Assembly (NCBI GenBank): GCA_963749445.1 | Contig: CAVVMJ010000005.1 | Location: forward strand, 34,915-98,914 | Direction: 5' to 3' | From: an uncultured bacterium | Lineage (GTDB): Bacteria > Patescibacteriota > Doudnabacteria > UBA920 | Length of the DNA stretch: 64,000 nt | In this document: positions 51,508 to 61,545 of the stretch, one piece after another | How positions within the stretch are numbered: position 1 is the stretch's first letter | Layout of the letters: each line of letters starts with the position of its first letter | The notes under the pieces: model-generated | Database searches by the model: none | The model's input: only the letters and a program-made list of their open reading frames with translations | What the model was told of the DNA's origin: nothing | Made by a program: the position numbers and the translations under genes

Positions 51508-54500
51508 TTATTCCTTAGTAAATAAATTATCCGGTATGAGGTTATCAAAACCTCTTGCCATACCGGCGCGAATAATATTTTGCGTCTCGTGTATATCCTG
51601 CACTTCAAGGATCGCCCACTTGCCGTATTTACCGATATTATTAATTGCTGGCACCCAAAGATCTTGCGTGGTTTTTATTTTCATCTTTTTTTTATCATCT
51701 TTCTTGCCAGTTACTTCTATAAGCAAATTTAATTTTGATTTATCTGGCATTTCCAGAACAGCTATAAAATCGGGCACATAATGATGAGATATGCCTTGAT
51801 GTTCGTAGGGAATAGTAAAGCCAAGACTTTGATTTTTAACATAAGCAAGAATCTCTGGCATTTGTTCCAATTTTTTAGCAACTCCTTGTTCCCATTCTTC
51901 AGTATCGGCCACCACGTAATTTATGTGGCTCTTAACTGTTTCGCGGACTGGTTTGGTTGTCAAAAAATCTACATATTGAGTGGAGCCCAGAGTATCGTAT
52001 GGTGCGAGAATTGGTAACAGCCTTTTGTCTTTTTGGTCTTCTAGATTTTCAGCAATAATGGCTTGTTGGATTTTAGTTAGAGCACCAGAGAAATATTCGC
52101 CAATGGAGAGGTAGCCTATGACCATTCGATCCTTTAAAACTACATACTTTTTGACATATTCCTCGGCAATTTTGCGCAATTGCGGGGTGAGCCAATATTT
52201 TTCGTTGCCTTCGGCATCGGTATAGTATCGTTTAAGAAGCGCCTGCGTGAGGCGGATGATTACTTCACCATCGCGACGTTCTCTAATCTTTTCTAAATTT
52301 TCTTTGACTTCCTCGCCGATTACGCCGCTACTTGTAACCTCAGTCGGTTCATTTTCAATAATAGTTTTTGATTCTTCAGAAAAACGGGCGATAAGTTTGG
52401 TCTCGTTGAGTTCGTAACGATAACCGTCGACACGCGGGTAGGTAATTTCGTATTGTTCACGGTCAGGGAGCGCATGGACACGATGAATGACTTTAGGCGG
52501 TTGTGGTGGCGTATTACCCTCGGCTTTTAGGAAGCTAAACGGTACGCCATAGACTTCGGCATATTCCGGCGTAAATTTTTCTATACCGTCTTCGGGATCA
52601 ATGGTAGTTGAATAATCTACCCGGCGCAGAGCGCGACCGACGACTTGCTCGCAAAGAAGTTGAGTAGAAAATGCGCGTACACCAAGAACATGAGTCACTG
52701 TGTTCACGTCCCAACCTTCCGTAAGCATAGAAACGGAAACAACGCATTTGATATCTTCTCCAAGCTTTCCAGGTTTGCCCACTGTGTTCATTATCTCACG
52801 TAGAAGCTCCTCGTCTGTCGGTTCGTCCCGCCCAGGGAAACGCTTGCGGTAATCTTTATGAAAGTCCTCAATTTCTTTAGTAAAAATTTGTTTAAAATCA
52901 TCGTTAACTTTTTCTCCACTTTCAATCTGAGCACTGTCAATAATGAGGGTGTTTGGACGATCGTAAAACCGCACACCATCTTCATTGCGAAATATATCCA
53001 AATTTCCCTTTTCAATCTTAAATTGACCACTGGCAGTTTCCCGTTCATAGCCAGCAATCCAACGATAAACCAATTCCGATACAGCGGTGTTGTTGCATAC
53101 GACTATCATAACCGGAGGCATGACATTTCGATCGTCTTTTTTATGTTTTAGGTACGGTTGATAGTATTTCTTATCGTAATTTCCGTATAGAGATTCCAAG
53201 GCCTCTTGCAATTTAGTTGGCAAAGTATTTGACGATAAATAATCCTTCCCGCCAGTCTTTAGTCCCTTTTTGGGCAAATCATCCCGGACATGAAGCCACA
53301 AATTTCTGAATTCCGGTTCATCATCTTTTGAGACGGTATCTGATTCAATCGGAAGTCGAGGAATTTTTACAATACCGCATTCTAAAGCGTCCAAAAGTGA
53401 AAAATCATAAATTGCCCACGGGAACATAGTGCCTTCCTGATAGCCGGAACCACGCAAAAAATAAGGCGTCGCCGAAAGATCAATTACCGCATTAACATTA
53501 ATTTTCTTTGCCAATGCTTCAATACCACTAATCCATACGCGGGCCGCTTTATTGTTTTCGTCTGCTTCTTTCCTCTCTTCTCCGGACAATTTTTCCTCGC
53601 TTGGCTTTTCGCGATAACAGTGATGAGCTTCATCATTGATTACCAAAACTCGTGGTTTACCTAAAACACTTTTGAATGCACGATTAACCATCGCGTTTGG
53701 AGTTTCTTTGATAGCTTCTTCTTTTAATAATCCTGTCGCTTTCATAACCGCGCCGACTTGGAATCGTGGGTTTTGTCTTAGTTCAAGCTGATGAAAGTTT
53801 GTAATAAAAACAGTGGCTTGTTGCAGCAAATCAAAATCTTGATATGAAACTATATCGCGTTCACGATAATAATTTTTTGGGTCGTTTGGCAAAAGAACAT
53901 TTAAGCGGTCGCGAATAGTAATGCCCGGTGTGATTATCACAAATGCGTCAGTAAATCGAGTATCTTGAGGATAACGAATTTTGTTAAGTGTATGATAGGC
54001 AATAATCATTGCCATGACGACCGTCTTCCCGGAGCCAGTTGCCATTTTAAAAGCCAAACGGTACAGACCGGGATTTGCATCTGTGTTGGCTTTTTTTAAT
54101 TCATTGATAATCCAATTTTCACCAGATTTTTCTGCCACCTCATTAATGTATATCAAAGTCTCCAGCGCTTCTATTTGGCAGAAAAAAAGTTTGTTTTCCC
54201 TAGTTTCATCACGCCAATAAGAAAGTAGATCGCGGGATGTTTTAGTAATACCTGAATATTCCGACCCTCGCCATTCTTTTATTTTTGCTCTGACTTTATT
54301 TATAAACTCGTTTTCTTTTTGAAGTTCAGTACCGAAAGCGCCGTCGGCAATATTTAAGTCGAGCTGTTTTTGTTTGGTTTTAGCCCTGGGAACGGGAATA
54401 TAAAAGCTGCTCGGGCGACGAGTATCTAATATTTCATCAGTGATCCCGCGGTCATCTGCCTTGAAATGGCGACTGGGTTCAATATATGGCGAGTTTAAAA

Positions 54501-54552
54501 TTGGATTTTTCATGAGGGGTGTGACAATGTAAAACTGACTTAATTTTAGCAC
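51508..54552 (-). CDS. res: Type III restriction enzyme Res subunit (SF2 DEAH helicase plus C-terminal PD-(D/E)XK nuclease)
   Basis: ATGSGKT Walker A, VINDEAHH DEAH box, MLTEGWDVNTVTHVLG motif VI, and C-terminal YVPDFIAV...EVTGKK nuclease motif. It lies upstream of mod, which is an unusual order. Confidence 0.8.
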   Translation of the reverse strand: MLKLSQFYIVTPLMKNPILNSPYIEPSRHFKADDRGITDEILDTRRPSSFYIPVPRAKTKQKQLDLNIADGAFGTELQKENEFINKVRAKIKEWRGSEYSGITKTSRDLLSYWRDETRENKLFFCQIEALETLIYINEVAEKSGENWIINELKKANTDANPGLYRLAFKMATGSGKTVVMAMIIAYHTLNKIRYPQDTRFTDAFVIITPGITIRDRLNVLLPNDPKNYYRERDIVSYQDFDLLQQATVFITNFHQLELRQNPRFQVGAVMKATGLLKEEAIKETPNAMVNRAFKSVLGKPRVLVINDEAHHCYREKPSEEKLSGEERKEADENNKAARVWISGIEALAKKINVNAVIDLSATPYFLRGSGYQEGTMFPWAIYDFSLLDALECGIVKIPRLPIESDTVSKDDEPEFRNLWLHVRDDLPKKGLKTGGKDYLSSNTLPTKLQEALESLYGNYDKKYYQPYLKHKKDDRNVMPPVMIVVCNNTAVSELVYRWIAGYERETASGQFKIEKGNLDIFRNEDGVRFYDRPNTLIIDSAQIESGEKVNDDFKQIFTKEIEDFHKDYRKRFPGRDEPTDEELLREIMNTVGKPGKLGEDIKCVVSVSMLTEGWDVNTVTHVLGVRAFSTQLLCEQVVGRALRRVDYSTTIDPEDGIEKFTPEYAEVYGVPFSFLKAEGNTPPQPPKVIHRVHALPDREQYEITYPRVDGYRYELNETKLIARFSEESKTIIENEPTEVTSSGVIGEEVKENLEKIRERRDGEVIIRLTQALLKRYYTDAEGNEKYWLTPQLRKIAEEYVKKYVVLKDRMVIGYLSIGEYFSGALTKIQQAIIAENLEDQKDKRLLPILAPYDTLGSTQYVDFLTTKPVRETVKSHINYVVADTEEWEQGVAKKLEQMPEILAYVKNQSLGFTIPYEHQGISHHYVPDFIAVLEMPDKSKLNLLIEVTGKKDDKKKMKIKTTQDLWVPAINNIGKYGKWAILEVQDIHETQNIIRAGMARGFDNLIPDNLFTKE

Positions 54553-54559
54553 TTTTTGA

Positions 54560-54648
54560 GAAAATAATCACTTCACAGAGATGGCCTTTGAATGTTATAC
54601 TTTAGGTACAATTTATGCCTAAACTTTGGGGAAACCCGGGGCATGGCG
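54560..54648. repeat. 89-bp inverted repeat, left copy (IR-L). Its partner lies at 61893..61981
   Basis: GAAAATAATCACTTCACAGAGATGGCCTTTGAATGTTATACTTTAGGTACAATTTATGCCTAAACTTTGGGGAAACCCGGGGCATGGCG versus the reverse complement of 61893..61981. There are a handful of mismatches. Confidence 0.6.
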
Positions 54649-54788
54649 CAGAAAAACGAGAAAAACATAAAGACGGTCATCTGTCTTGCTTTACGTTTTT
54701 CTCGTTACCAGCCGAAAGGTTGGTAGACCCGCAAGGGTCGGGCAAGCGGGTGGCCCTTTTTGTTTGCCCGCGGAAAGACCAATCAGCC

Positions 54789-55817
54789 ATGAAAAAAATA
54801 ATTGTGTTAAGTTTTCTTGTTACGTTACTGGCTGCGGCTTGCAACAAGGCTGTCACTAAAAATGGCGAGGCGTCTCAGCCCCAAAAGCCAACGCAAACTC
54901 AAGCGGCAACTTCCACAACCCAAACCGCGACGACCACTTCAGGTTCTGACAACTTTGCCCCCGAGCCTTACACAATAGACTCAGTCAACAAATTGGCTGC
55001 CAAATTGGCTGCCAAGAACGGAGGCAACGCCGCAACCCCAACTAAAGCAACGCCTGCTCCAGTAACCGAACAAGACTTTCGTAGTCAACTTACAGCCTTG
55101 TATCAAGAAAAGATAGGCTTTTTGGATGATAAAATAAAAACTTGGAAACTTACAAAATTTGCGATCGGCTTAGGCATCGACCAAAGCAATAAAGATATTT
55201 CTTTCTACAATCAAAATTGTACTGATACGGGCTATTGCGACCCATATGCCGTTAAAATGTCCCAGTTAGAGCTTGACGAGGATACAAAGTTTTCTGGAAT
55301 TTGGCAAAGCCGCATTGACCAAGGGAGTCAAATTGAACAAAAGTTGAATGACGAATTGACTGCGCTAAACGCAGACAACTCCACGGTACCGCAAGCCGAG
55401 TACGCTCTCCGGCAGAACGAGCTAAACACTCTAGTTAATGAATCCGACATTGAGCAGGCCGACGCTTCCATTAACCAAGCAACTTACTTCACAGCAGACA
55501 AAAAGGCTGAAATTGATAATACAATTTTGTCTCATGCACAAACCGCCAAGGCATGGGCAGACCAACAGCTTGCGACAATCAACGCCGAAGCTCAAACGGC
55601 CGCGCAAAACATTCCGCCAATAGTTACGGCGCCAATAACCACGGTCCCGATTCAGCCGACATCAATCCATTGCAACACCACTGCGGACACACAGATGGGG
55701 TTCCCTAAGAGTGAGACGGAGTGCACGGAGTTTCCGACAATGAAGACGATGGTCTGTAACACTTCCACTTCTGGGTACGGGAGCCTGCAAAAGGATTGTT
55801 ACTTTATAAATCAGTAA
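54789..55817 (+). CDS. Lipoprotein (signal peptide plus LAAAC lipobox), low-complexity Thr/Gln/Ala-rich
   Basis: MKKIIVLSFLVTLLAAAC. The start is chosen at the internal Met. The ORF-track start 54615 lies inside IR-L. Confidence 0.45.
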   Translation: MKKIIVLSFLVTLLAAACNKAVTKNGEASQPQKPTQTQAATSTTQTATTTSGSDNFAPEPYTIDSVNKLAAKLAAKNGGNAATPTKATPAPVTEQDFRSQLTALYQEKIGFLDDKIKTWKLTKFAIGLGIDQSNKDISFYNQNCTDTGYCDPYAVKMSQLELDEDTKFSGIWQSRIDQGSQIEQKLNDELTALNADNSTVPQAEYALRQNELNTLVNESDIEQADASINQATYFTADKKAEIDNTILSHAQTAKAWADQQLATINAEAQTAAQNIPPIVTAPITTVPIQPTSIHCNTTADTQMGFPKSETECTEFPTMKTMVCNTSTSGYGSLQKDCYFINQ

Positions 55818-55834
55818 GATTTTAAGAAAAGCCT

Positions 55835-56008
55835 ATGAAAAAATTATTAGCGATGATGAAGTCCAAACCCGGGGAAACGCCGGAGCGATTTGCACAGCGA
55901 GTTCAACAGAGCTTGAAAGAACGCGGATTGCTGGACGAACAGGGTAAACTAAAAGATTCCCAAAAAGAATACGAGGAATGGCTTCGGCGCGTATTTGGTC
56001 TTAAATAA
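55835..56008 (+). CDS. Small hypothetical protein (57 aa)
   Basis: ORF MKKLLAMMKSKPGETPERFAQRVQQSLKERGLLDEQGKLKDSQKEYEEWLRRVFGLK between two lipoprotein genes. Confidence 0.25.
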   Translation: MKKLLAMMKSKPGETPERFAQRVQQSLKERGLLDEQGKLKDSQKEYEEWLRRVFGLK

Positions 56009-56050
56009 AGCCAGCGGGTAGCTCTTTGCCCGCAGAAAGTTGAATTAAAA

Positions 56051-56524
56051 ATGAAAAAAATATTATTTGCTTTGCCCTTAATAGTTTTATTAGCCGCTGG
56101 ATGCAACTCAAACTCTGACCAAGTCAGTCAGCTTCAACAACAAAACCAGAAACTCCAAAATCAAATTAACGACATGAACCTCGACGCACAAAGCAAATGC
56201 GCTGACCAGGCGGCCAAAGTTTTTAAGCAGGAAGACTCAACCCCGCAAGTATTTGATAACTACACTGACCACTGGAACAAGAGCATAAATAAGTGTTTTA
56301 TCTTGATGACTTTTAACCAAAACGGCGGCCAGATGACTGACGAAGAATTGATGGATGCTTTTGGGGGCCAGACCTACGGGTCGTATTGGTCTTCTATTAG
56401 CTCGGATTTAAGCAAGAAGAGCCTGGGTTGCAACGTCTACCCGGACGGCACAAATACCAATAGCCAAACATGTACTTCCCAAGAACAATTTGATAGTTTG
56501 GTTAAGCCTTTTATGACTAATTAA
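56051..56524 (+). CDS. Lipoprotein (LLAAGC lipobox), Gln-rich
   Basis: MKKILFALPLIVLLAAGC signal/lipobox. Confidence 0.45.
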   Translation: MKKILFALPLIVLLAAGCNSNSDQVSQLQQQNQKLQNQINDMNLDAQSKCADQAAKVFKQEDSTPQVFDNYTDHWNKSINKCFILMTFNQNGGQMTDEELMDAFGGQTYGSYWSSISSDLSKKSLGCNVYPDGTNTNSQTCTSQEQFDSLVKPFMTN

Positions 56525-56660
56525 AGAAATGCCCTTCCCTTGGCCTTTTGGGTTTTAAACTTGTTTATATAGCAATTGGCTGTTTCTGGGGGCTTCCGTG
56601 GGCAAAGGAAAACACTGAGGAATATGCCCCGTGTTTTTTGACGACAAAAAGTGGTAGAAT

Positions 56661-57284
56661 ATGGTTATGGAAATTAGCAAGAATCATTTGCGTAGTTTAG
56701 ATAGCTTTATTTTGCGGGGAAAATACATATTAACTGCTTGGCCCTCGGAAAGGGACGAGCGATTTAACAAGTGGCTAGGTGAATTACGAGTATTCATACA
56801 TGATTTAGGGGAAGGTTATTATAAGATGTTTACTGATGTAGAGAAAGAAGCCGCTAGTACTTCCAGAGGCGTGGCTGAACTTAAAGTCCCTATAATACTT
56901 AATTTTTTACGCCCTTTAAGAGAGTCCTTGTTGCACAAGTCTAATACAACAAAAGTACCGACTAATTTAAACTCCAAAACCGAAATTAGCATTGGTAAAC
57001 TAACCTCGCATACGGACGGATCCATACGATATGATGGGAATTTCATACGTATGCCTAATCAGCAAAAAGATTTGTGCCGTCTTTTTATGAATAAACCTGA
57101 AAAACTAGTTACCATAGATAGGATTAGAGATGAATTGATACGGGCTGACCGCAGGAAGGAAACAACATTTGCCACAATATCTAAATATGTCAGTAAACTT
57201 CGCAATGTCTTGAAAAATTATTACAAAACGAATGTGCTAATCAACCAGCAAGAAGAAGGCTGGTACTTCCGCCCTCCAAAATAA
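56661..57284 (+). CDS. Putative DNA-binding protein with C-terminal OmpR/PhoB-type winged helix
   Basis: C-terminus QQKDLCRLFMNKPEKLVTIDRIRDELI...ISKYVSKLRNVL...GWYF. Confidence 0.4.
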   Translation: MVMEISKNHLRSLDSFILRGKYILTAWPSERDERFNKWLGELRVFIHDLGEGYYKMFTDVEKEAASTSRGVAELKVPIILNFLRPLRESLLHKSNTTKVPTNLNSKTEISIGKLTSHTDGSIRYDGNFIRMPNQQKDLCRLFMNKPEKLVTIDRIRDELIRADRRKETTFATISKYVSKLRNVLKNYYKTNVLINQQEEGWYFRPPK

Positions 57285-57550
57285 CTTATTCATATGTGAA
57301 AAGTGAATGAATTGACCCCTCTACAATAGAGAGGTCTTTTTAATTATGGAAGTTATTTATGCAGTTGAGCCAGAGCGACCTCGAGGAGTTCAAACAAATA
57401 TATAAGGCCGAAACCGGCCTAGAAATTACGGATGCCGAAGCCGTCGAGCTTGGCAATCGGCTTTTAGGATTGGTTAAATTTGTCCTCTCCGATGACAGGC
57501 CTCCATAATTTAACTTAGCTTTAAGTTTCATTTAACATTAATTTTATTTT

Positions 57551-57766
57551 ATGAACAAAAACTTAACGATGAGAGAAGTTATAAGACAACAAACTGACGC
57601 GTTTATGAAAAAAGTTTGGGATAACCATAAGGCACTTCAGGAGGAAATCCCGTGCGAAGTCAAATTAACCTTCCAATTTGTGGATTCTAAACAAGCCCTC
57701 ACACAATATAAAATCTTGAAATATGACGGCGCAGATGATGAGGATGACGATTACGATTTTATTTAG
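57551..57766 (+). CDS. Small hypothetical protein with acidic tail
   Basis: 71 aa ending DGADDEDDDYDFI. Confidence 0.3.
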   Translation: MNKNLTMREVIRQQTDAFMKKVWDNHKALQEEIPCEVKLTFQFVDSKQALTQYKILKYDGADDEDDDYDFI

Positions 57767-57796
57767 ACTAACATAAATATTATTAACTAAAAAATT

Positions 57797-59125
57797 ATGC
57801 CAGACTCTCAACCAGCAAAACGACAATACACCAAACGCAAAACGGAGGAAAAGGACAAATCTGTAATGGCGGTATCACTTGTAACGCCGGATCATCTTAT
57901 TGAAACCATTTATGACCCCCAGCTCGATATGACTAGCTATGCGGTTTTTGTCCGTCAAACCGGCAAGTGCGAACGCCACGATCAGTTCATTTATAAATCC
58001 ACGACCTACGTTCCACCCGACCGAAACAACCCTCTGGTTAAAAAAGGCTTCGTCCTTCTGGCGTCCCGGCCCAGGCCTTTAATGGAAACGGCTACGCTCT
58101 TAGAGGAAATACGCAAGTTCGTTTCTGATTACCTGACTGTCAGCCCGGAGTTTGAGGAAATCATTCCGTACTTCGTCCTGCTGACCTGGATTTACGACCG
58201 CTTTGACACCGTGCCGTACCTTAGGGCTTTGGGCGACATGGGCAGAGGCAAATCCCGCCTCCTGTTCGTCATGACCGCCTTAAGTTACAAAGCGTTTTTG
58301 GCCAATGGTGCCGCAACAGTCTCCCCGATATTTCGCATACTGGACTCCTGGCACCCGACCTTGATTTTGGACGAAGCCGACTTTAACCGAGCAGATGAGA
58401 AGAGCGAAATTATGAAGATATTCAACAGCGGCTTCGCAAAAAACACCCCGGTCTTACGGAGTGAAGATGACGGCAAGGGCGGATTTACTGTGCGGGCATT
58501 TGACGTCTACGGCCCCAAGATATTCGCTTCCCGCCATCAGTTTGGCGACGACGCTTTGGAAAGCCGTTGCTTTACCCACGACATGGACATGATTGAAAGA
58601 ACATCAAACGTACCGATAAACCTCGACGACAATTTCCGCCAGCGTGGCCTAGAGCTACGCAATAAACTGCTGACTTGGCGATTCCACAACTTTGGCAAAA
58701 TAGAGATCAATCCAAAGCTGACCGACCCGCGCGTAACTGACCGGCTCAACCAAATTTCTTTACCCCTAAAAAGCATCGCTCTGGCAGAGGAAGCCCGCAA
58801 AAAGATTGAAGGTGTAATTTACAGCCTGCACTTGGACATGATTGATTCCCGTGGACTCTCGTGGGACGCAGGGGTATTGCACGCAATTATTACACAAATT
58901 ACCGGCTTAATTGACCCCGAGGAAATAACCGTCAAGATGATTGCCGAGGAATATAACAAAGAGGCGGATGACAAAGACAAACTAACCAACAATAAAGTTG
59001 GCTGGATTTTACGGAAGAAGCTCAAAATAAAAACCGTCCGCCGGGGAGCGGGTTTTACATTGGTTTATGACGACGCTACAAAGCAACGTCTTGAACAACT
59101 AAAGCTAAAATACGGACTGACATAA
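57797..59125 (+). CDS. P-loop NTPase resembling phage/plasmid primase-helicase C-terminal (P4/D5-like) replication proteins
   Basis: Walker A-like GDMGRGKS and Walker B-like LILDEADF. Confidence 0.45.
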   Translation: MPDSQPAKRQYTKRKTEEKDKSVMAVSLVTPDHLIETIYDPQLDMTSYAVFVRQTGKCERHDQFIYKSTTYVPPDRNNPLVKKGFVLLASRPRPLMETATLLEEIRKFVSDYLTVSPEFEEIIPYFVLLTWIYDRFDTVPYLRALGDMGRGKSRLLFVMTALSYKAFLANGAATVSPIFRILDSWHPTLILDEADFNRADEKSEIMKIFNSGFAKNTPVLRSEDDGKGGFTVRAFDVYGPKIFASRHQFGDDALESRCFTHDMDMIERTSNVPINLDDNFRQRGLELRNKLLTWRFHNFGKIEINPKLTDPRVTDRLNQISLPLKSIALAEEARKKIEGVIYSLHLDMIDSRGLSWDAGVLHAIITQITGLIDPEEITVKMIAEEYNKEADDKDKLTNNKVGWILRKKLKIKTVRRGAGFTLVYDDATKQRLEQLKLKYGLT

Positions 59126-59438
59126 CCCCACCAGTGAATCAGTGAATCTCGTGAACCTCCCTTGGAGGATATATACTTGTAAGCCTATATGTCTCCGTGT
59201 TTTAATTTATTTGGGAGTTTTTGAAATATTAAACAAAGAAAAATAATATGACGAGCGTCCAAAAAAATAAGTTAATTAAAGTAGCTAAAAAGTTGCTTTG
59301 GGGGTTGAGTGAAGAAATTGCGGCTAAGGTCGATGCCGCAATGCCGACGGCCACGGAAAAGGAAAGGGAGACGGCTGATGAGTTCGTTTGGCAGGAATTA
59401 TTTAGGCAAGCAAAGCTAAAATAATTAACTTCTATGGA

Positions 59439-59903
59439 ATGACTATGGAACAAAAAACACCACAAGCCAACCAATTTACCGGCGATCCCCGGCAGGACAA
59501 GATGTGGGAATATTACATCCAGGGCATCATGCGCGGCCAAAAAAATGCCTTTCAAGCGGCAATACTGGCCGGGTACAGCAAAAGCTATGCCAACGTTATT
59601 ACCATGTTGGGTTGGTTTAAGGACAGGGAGGTTAAATTGAGGCGAGCTGGTTTTTTAAGCAGAGCCGAAGAAGTTTTGGACGAAGCGCTAGAATTGGAAA
59701 CGCACAGACCTGACGGCACGCGCGACATTAACAGCTTAAGGATAAAGGCAGATGTGGCCAAATACGTTACTTCCACGCTGGGCAAGGAATTTTACAGCAA
59801 GCGCACGGAGCTGACGGGCAAGAATGGAGAGCCTGTAATTCCCATTTTAGGGGATTTGAAGGTTCCTGACGGTTCAAGCAATGTTATAAAAGACCAAAGT
59901 TAA
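59439..59903 (+). CDS. Phage terminase small subunit-like protein
   Basis: QAAILAGYSKSYANVITMLGW matches the TerS (Terminase_2/P27-like) HTH signature. Confidence 0.5.
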   Translation: MTMEQKTPQANQFTGDPRQDKMWEYYIQGIMRGQKNAFQAAILAGYSKSYANVITMLGWFKDREVKLRRAGFLSRAEEVLDEALELETHRPDGTRDINSLRIKADVAKYVTSTLGKEFYSKRTELTGKNGEPVIPILGDLKVPDGSSNVIKDQS

Positions 59904-59907
59904 GAAT

Positions 59908-61545
59908 ATGTTAAATCAAACTAAAAAATATTTCATCTATTCCCGAAAGTCTACGGAATCGGAAGAACGTCAAATCCTTTCGATTGATTCCCAAATTAAG
60001 GAGTTGCAGGAGTTGGCCGTCCGGCGTGGCTTTCGGATTGTTAAAATATTCCGGGAGTCTCAATCCGCGAAAGAGCCTGGCCGTCCCGTGTTTGCAAAGA
60101 TGATGGAGGGCATTGCTAACGGCGACGCCAGCGGCATTCTTTGTTGGAAGCTTGACCGCTTGGCTCGTAATTCTGTGGACGCTGGCGCCATAATTTGGGC
60201 GCTCAAAGATAAAGGCATTGAAATAAACACGCCTACACAGAGTTACAGCCATGCCGATGAGAATAGCATTTTGATGTATTTGGAATTTGGGATGAGCCAG
60301 AAGTACATCGACGACTTGTCTAAAAACGTAAAGCGCGGTTTAAAGACAAAAGTCGGGCAGGGTTGGATGCCCGCTTTTGCCCCGATTGGCTACATAAACA
60401 CTCGGCTGGCTGACAGAGGGGTCAACACTATCGTTCCCGACCCCGAACGTTTTCCTTTGGTGCGGCAGGCTTGGGATTTTATGCTTACGGGGCTTTACAC
60501 ACCCCAACAAATTGTTGACAAATTAAACAAGGAGCTTGGTTACCGATCAAGACCGACAAAGAATTGCCCAAGCAGGCCGCTCGGCGACACCACGATTTAT
60601 AGAACTTTCAACAATCCGTTTTATTTTGGAATGTTCCGTTATAATGACCAGCTCTGCGAAGGGCATCACGAACCAATGGTTTCCAAAGCGGAATTTGATC
60701 GCGTCCAAGTGCTTTTGCACAAACGCGAGAACCCTCGCCCCATAAAGTACAGTTTCACCTATGGCGGGTTAATTCGGTGCGCCTGTGGCTTAAGTATAAC
60801 CGCGGAGAAGCGCGTTAAGCACCAGCAAAACGGGAACACGCACGAATACACTTATTACCACTGCACAAAGTCAAAAGTGCCACGCTGTGCCGAGCAATCC
60901 ATTTCAGAGGAGGAGTTGGAGGCCGAAATCGACAGGGTAGTGTCGGAGTTGGAAATCTCGCCGAAATTTCGGGACTGGGCTTTTTCCAAACTTCAAAAAA
61001 TGAATGAGCAAGAATCGGCCGGGCGGCGGGAGTTGTTAGCCCGTCAACGCAAGGCTTACGATGAATGTTTAAAAAAGATTGACGGGCTGATAGAAATGCG
61101 CGCGGCTAAGGAGATTGGCGCGGAGCAATTTAAAAGCAGGAATGACGCCTTACTTGCTGAAAAGGGGCGGCTGAACGAGGCATTAAACGGCACGGACGAG
61201 TTGGTTTCCGACTGGGTAAAAAAAGCCGAAGCCGCTTTTGATTTTGCTACTCTGGCTAGGAAACGTTTTGTTAAGGCAAGTCCGGAAAAGCGTCGTGAGT
61301 TTGTTGCGGCTATGTCCGAACCTTCGAACCTCATTTTAAATAACAAAACACTCGATTTTATAAAGAGTAGTCCGCTGTTTGTGATTAAAAAAGCCGTAAA
61401 GGGCCACAAGGAAGTTAAGCCAACCTTCGAACCTCTTTTTAATACGGCGGACAAACGTAAAGGCCACCCTTTAGGGGTGGCCAATTCACGATGGCTCGGG
61501 AGGTGGGATTCGAACCCACGACCCATCGGTTACACCTACCCTTAA
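59908..61545 (+). CDS. Large serine recombinase (resolvase catalytic domain, recombinase domain, zinc ribbon)
   Basis: YSRKSTESEERQILSIDSQ catalytic serine region, DRLARN, and a C-terminal Cys cluster CACG...HC...C. Its 3' end runs into the tRNA 3' exon. Confidence 0.8.
   Translation: MLNQTKKYFIYSRKSTESEERQILSIDSQIKELQELAVRRGFRIVKIFRESQSAKEPGRPVFAKMMEGIANGDASGILCWKLDRLARNSVDAGAIIWALKDKGIEINTPTQSYSHADENSILMYLEFGMSQKYIDDLSKNVKRGLKTKVGQGWMPAFAPIGYINTRLADRGVNTIVPDPERFPLVRQAWDFMLTGLYTPQQIVDKLNKELGYRSRPTKNCPSRPLGDTTIYRTFNNPFYFGMFRYNDQLCEGHHEPMVSKAEFDRVQVLLHKRENPRPIKYSFTYGGLIRCACGLSITAEKRVKHQQNGNTHEYTYYHCTKSKVPRCAEQSISEEELEAEIDRVVSELEISPKFRDWAFSKLQKMNEQESAGRRELLARQRKAYDECLKKIDGLIEMRAAKEIGAEQFKSRNDALLAEKGRLNEALNGTDELVSDWVKKAEAAFDFATLARKRFVKASPEKRREFVAAMSEPSNLILNNKTLDFIKSSPLFVIKKAVKGHKEVKPTFEPLFNTADKRKGHPLGVANSRWLGRWDSNPRPIGYTYP

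Noticed and set aside
59229-59555. 108-aa minus-strand ORF overlapping a plus-strand 58-aa ORF (59248..59424) and the TerS start
   Set aside because: Composition not protein-like. Neither small ORF could be supported strongly enough to list as a feature.
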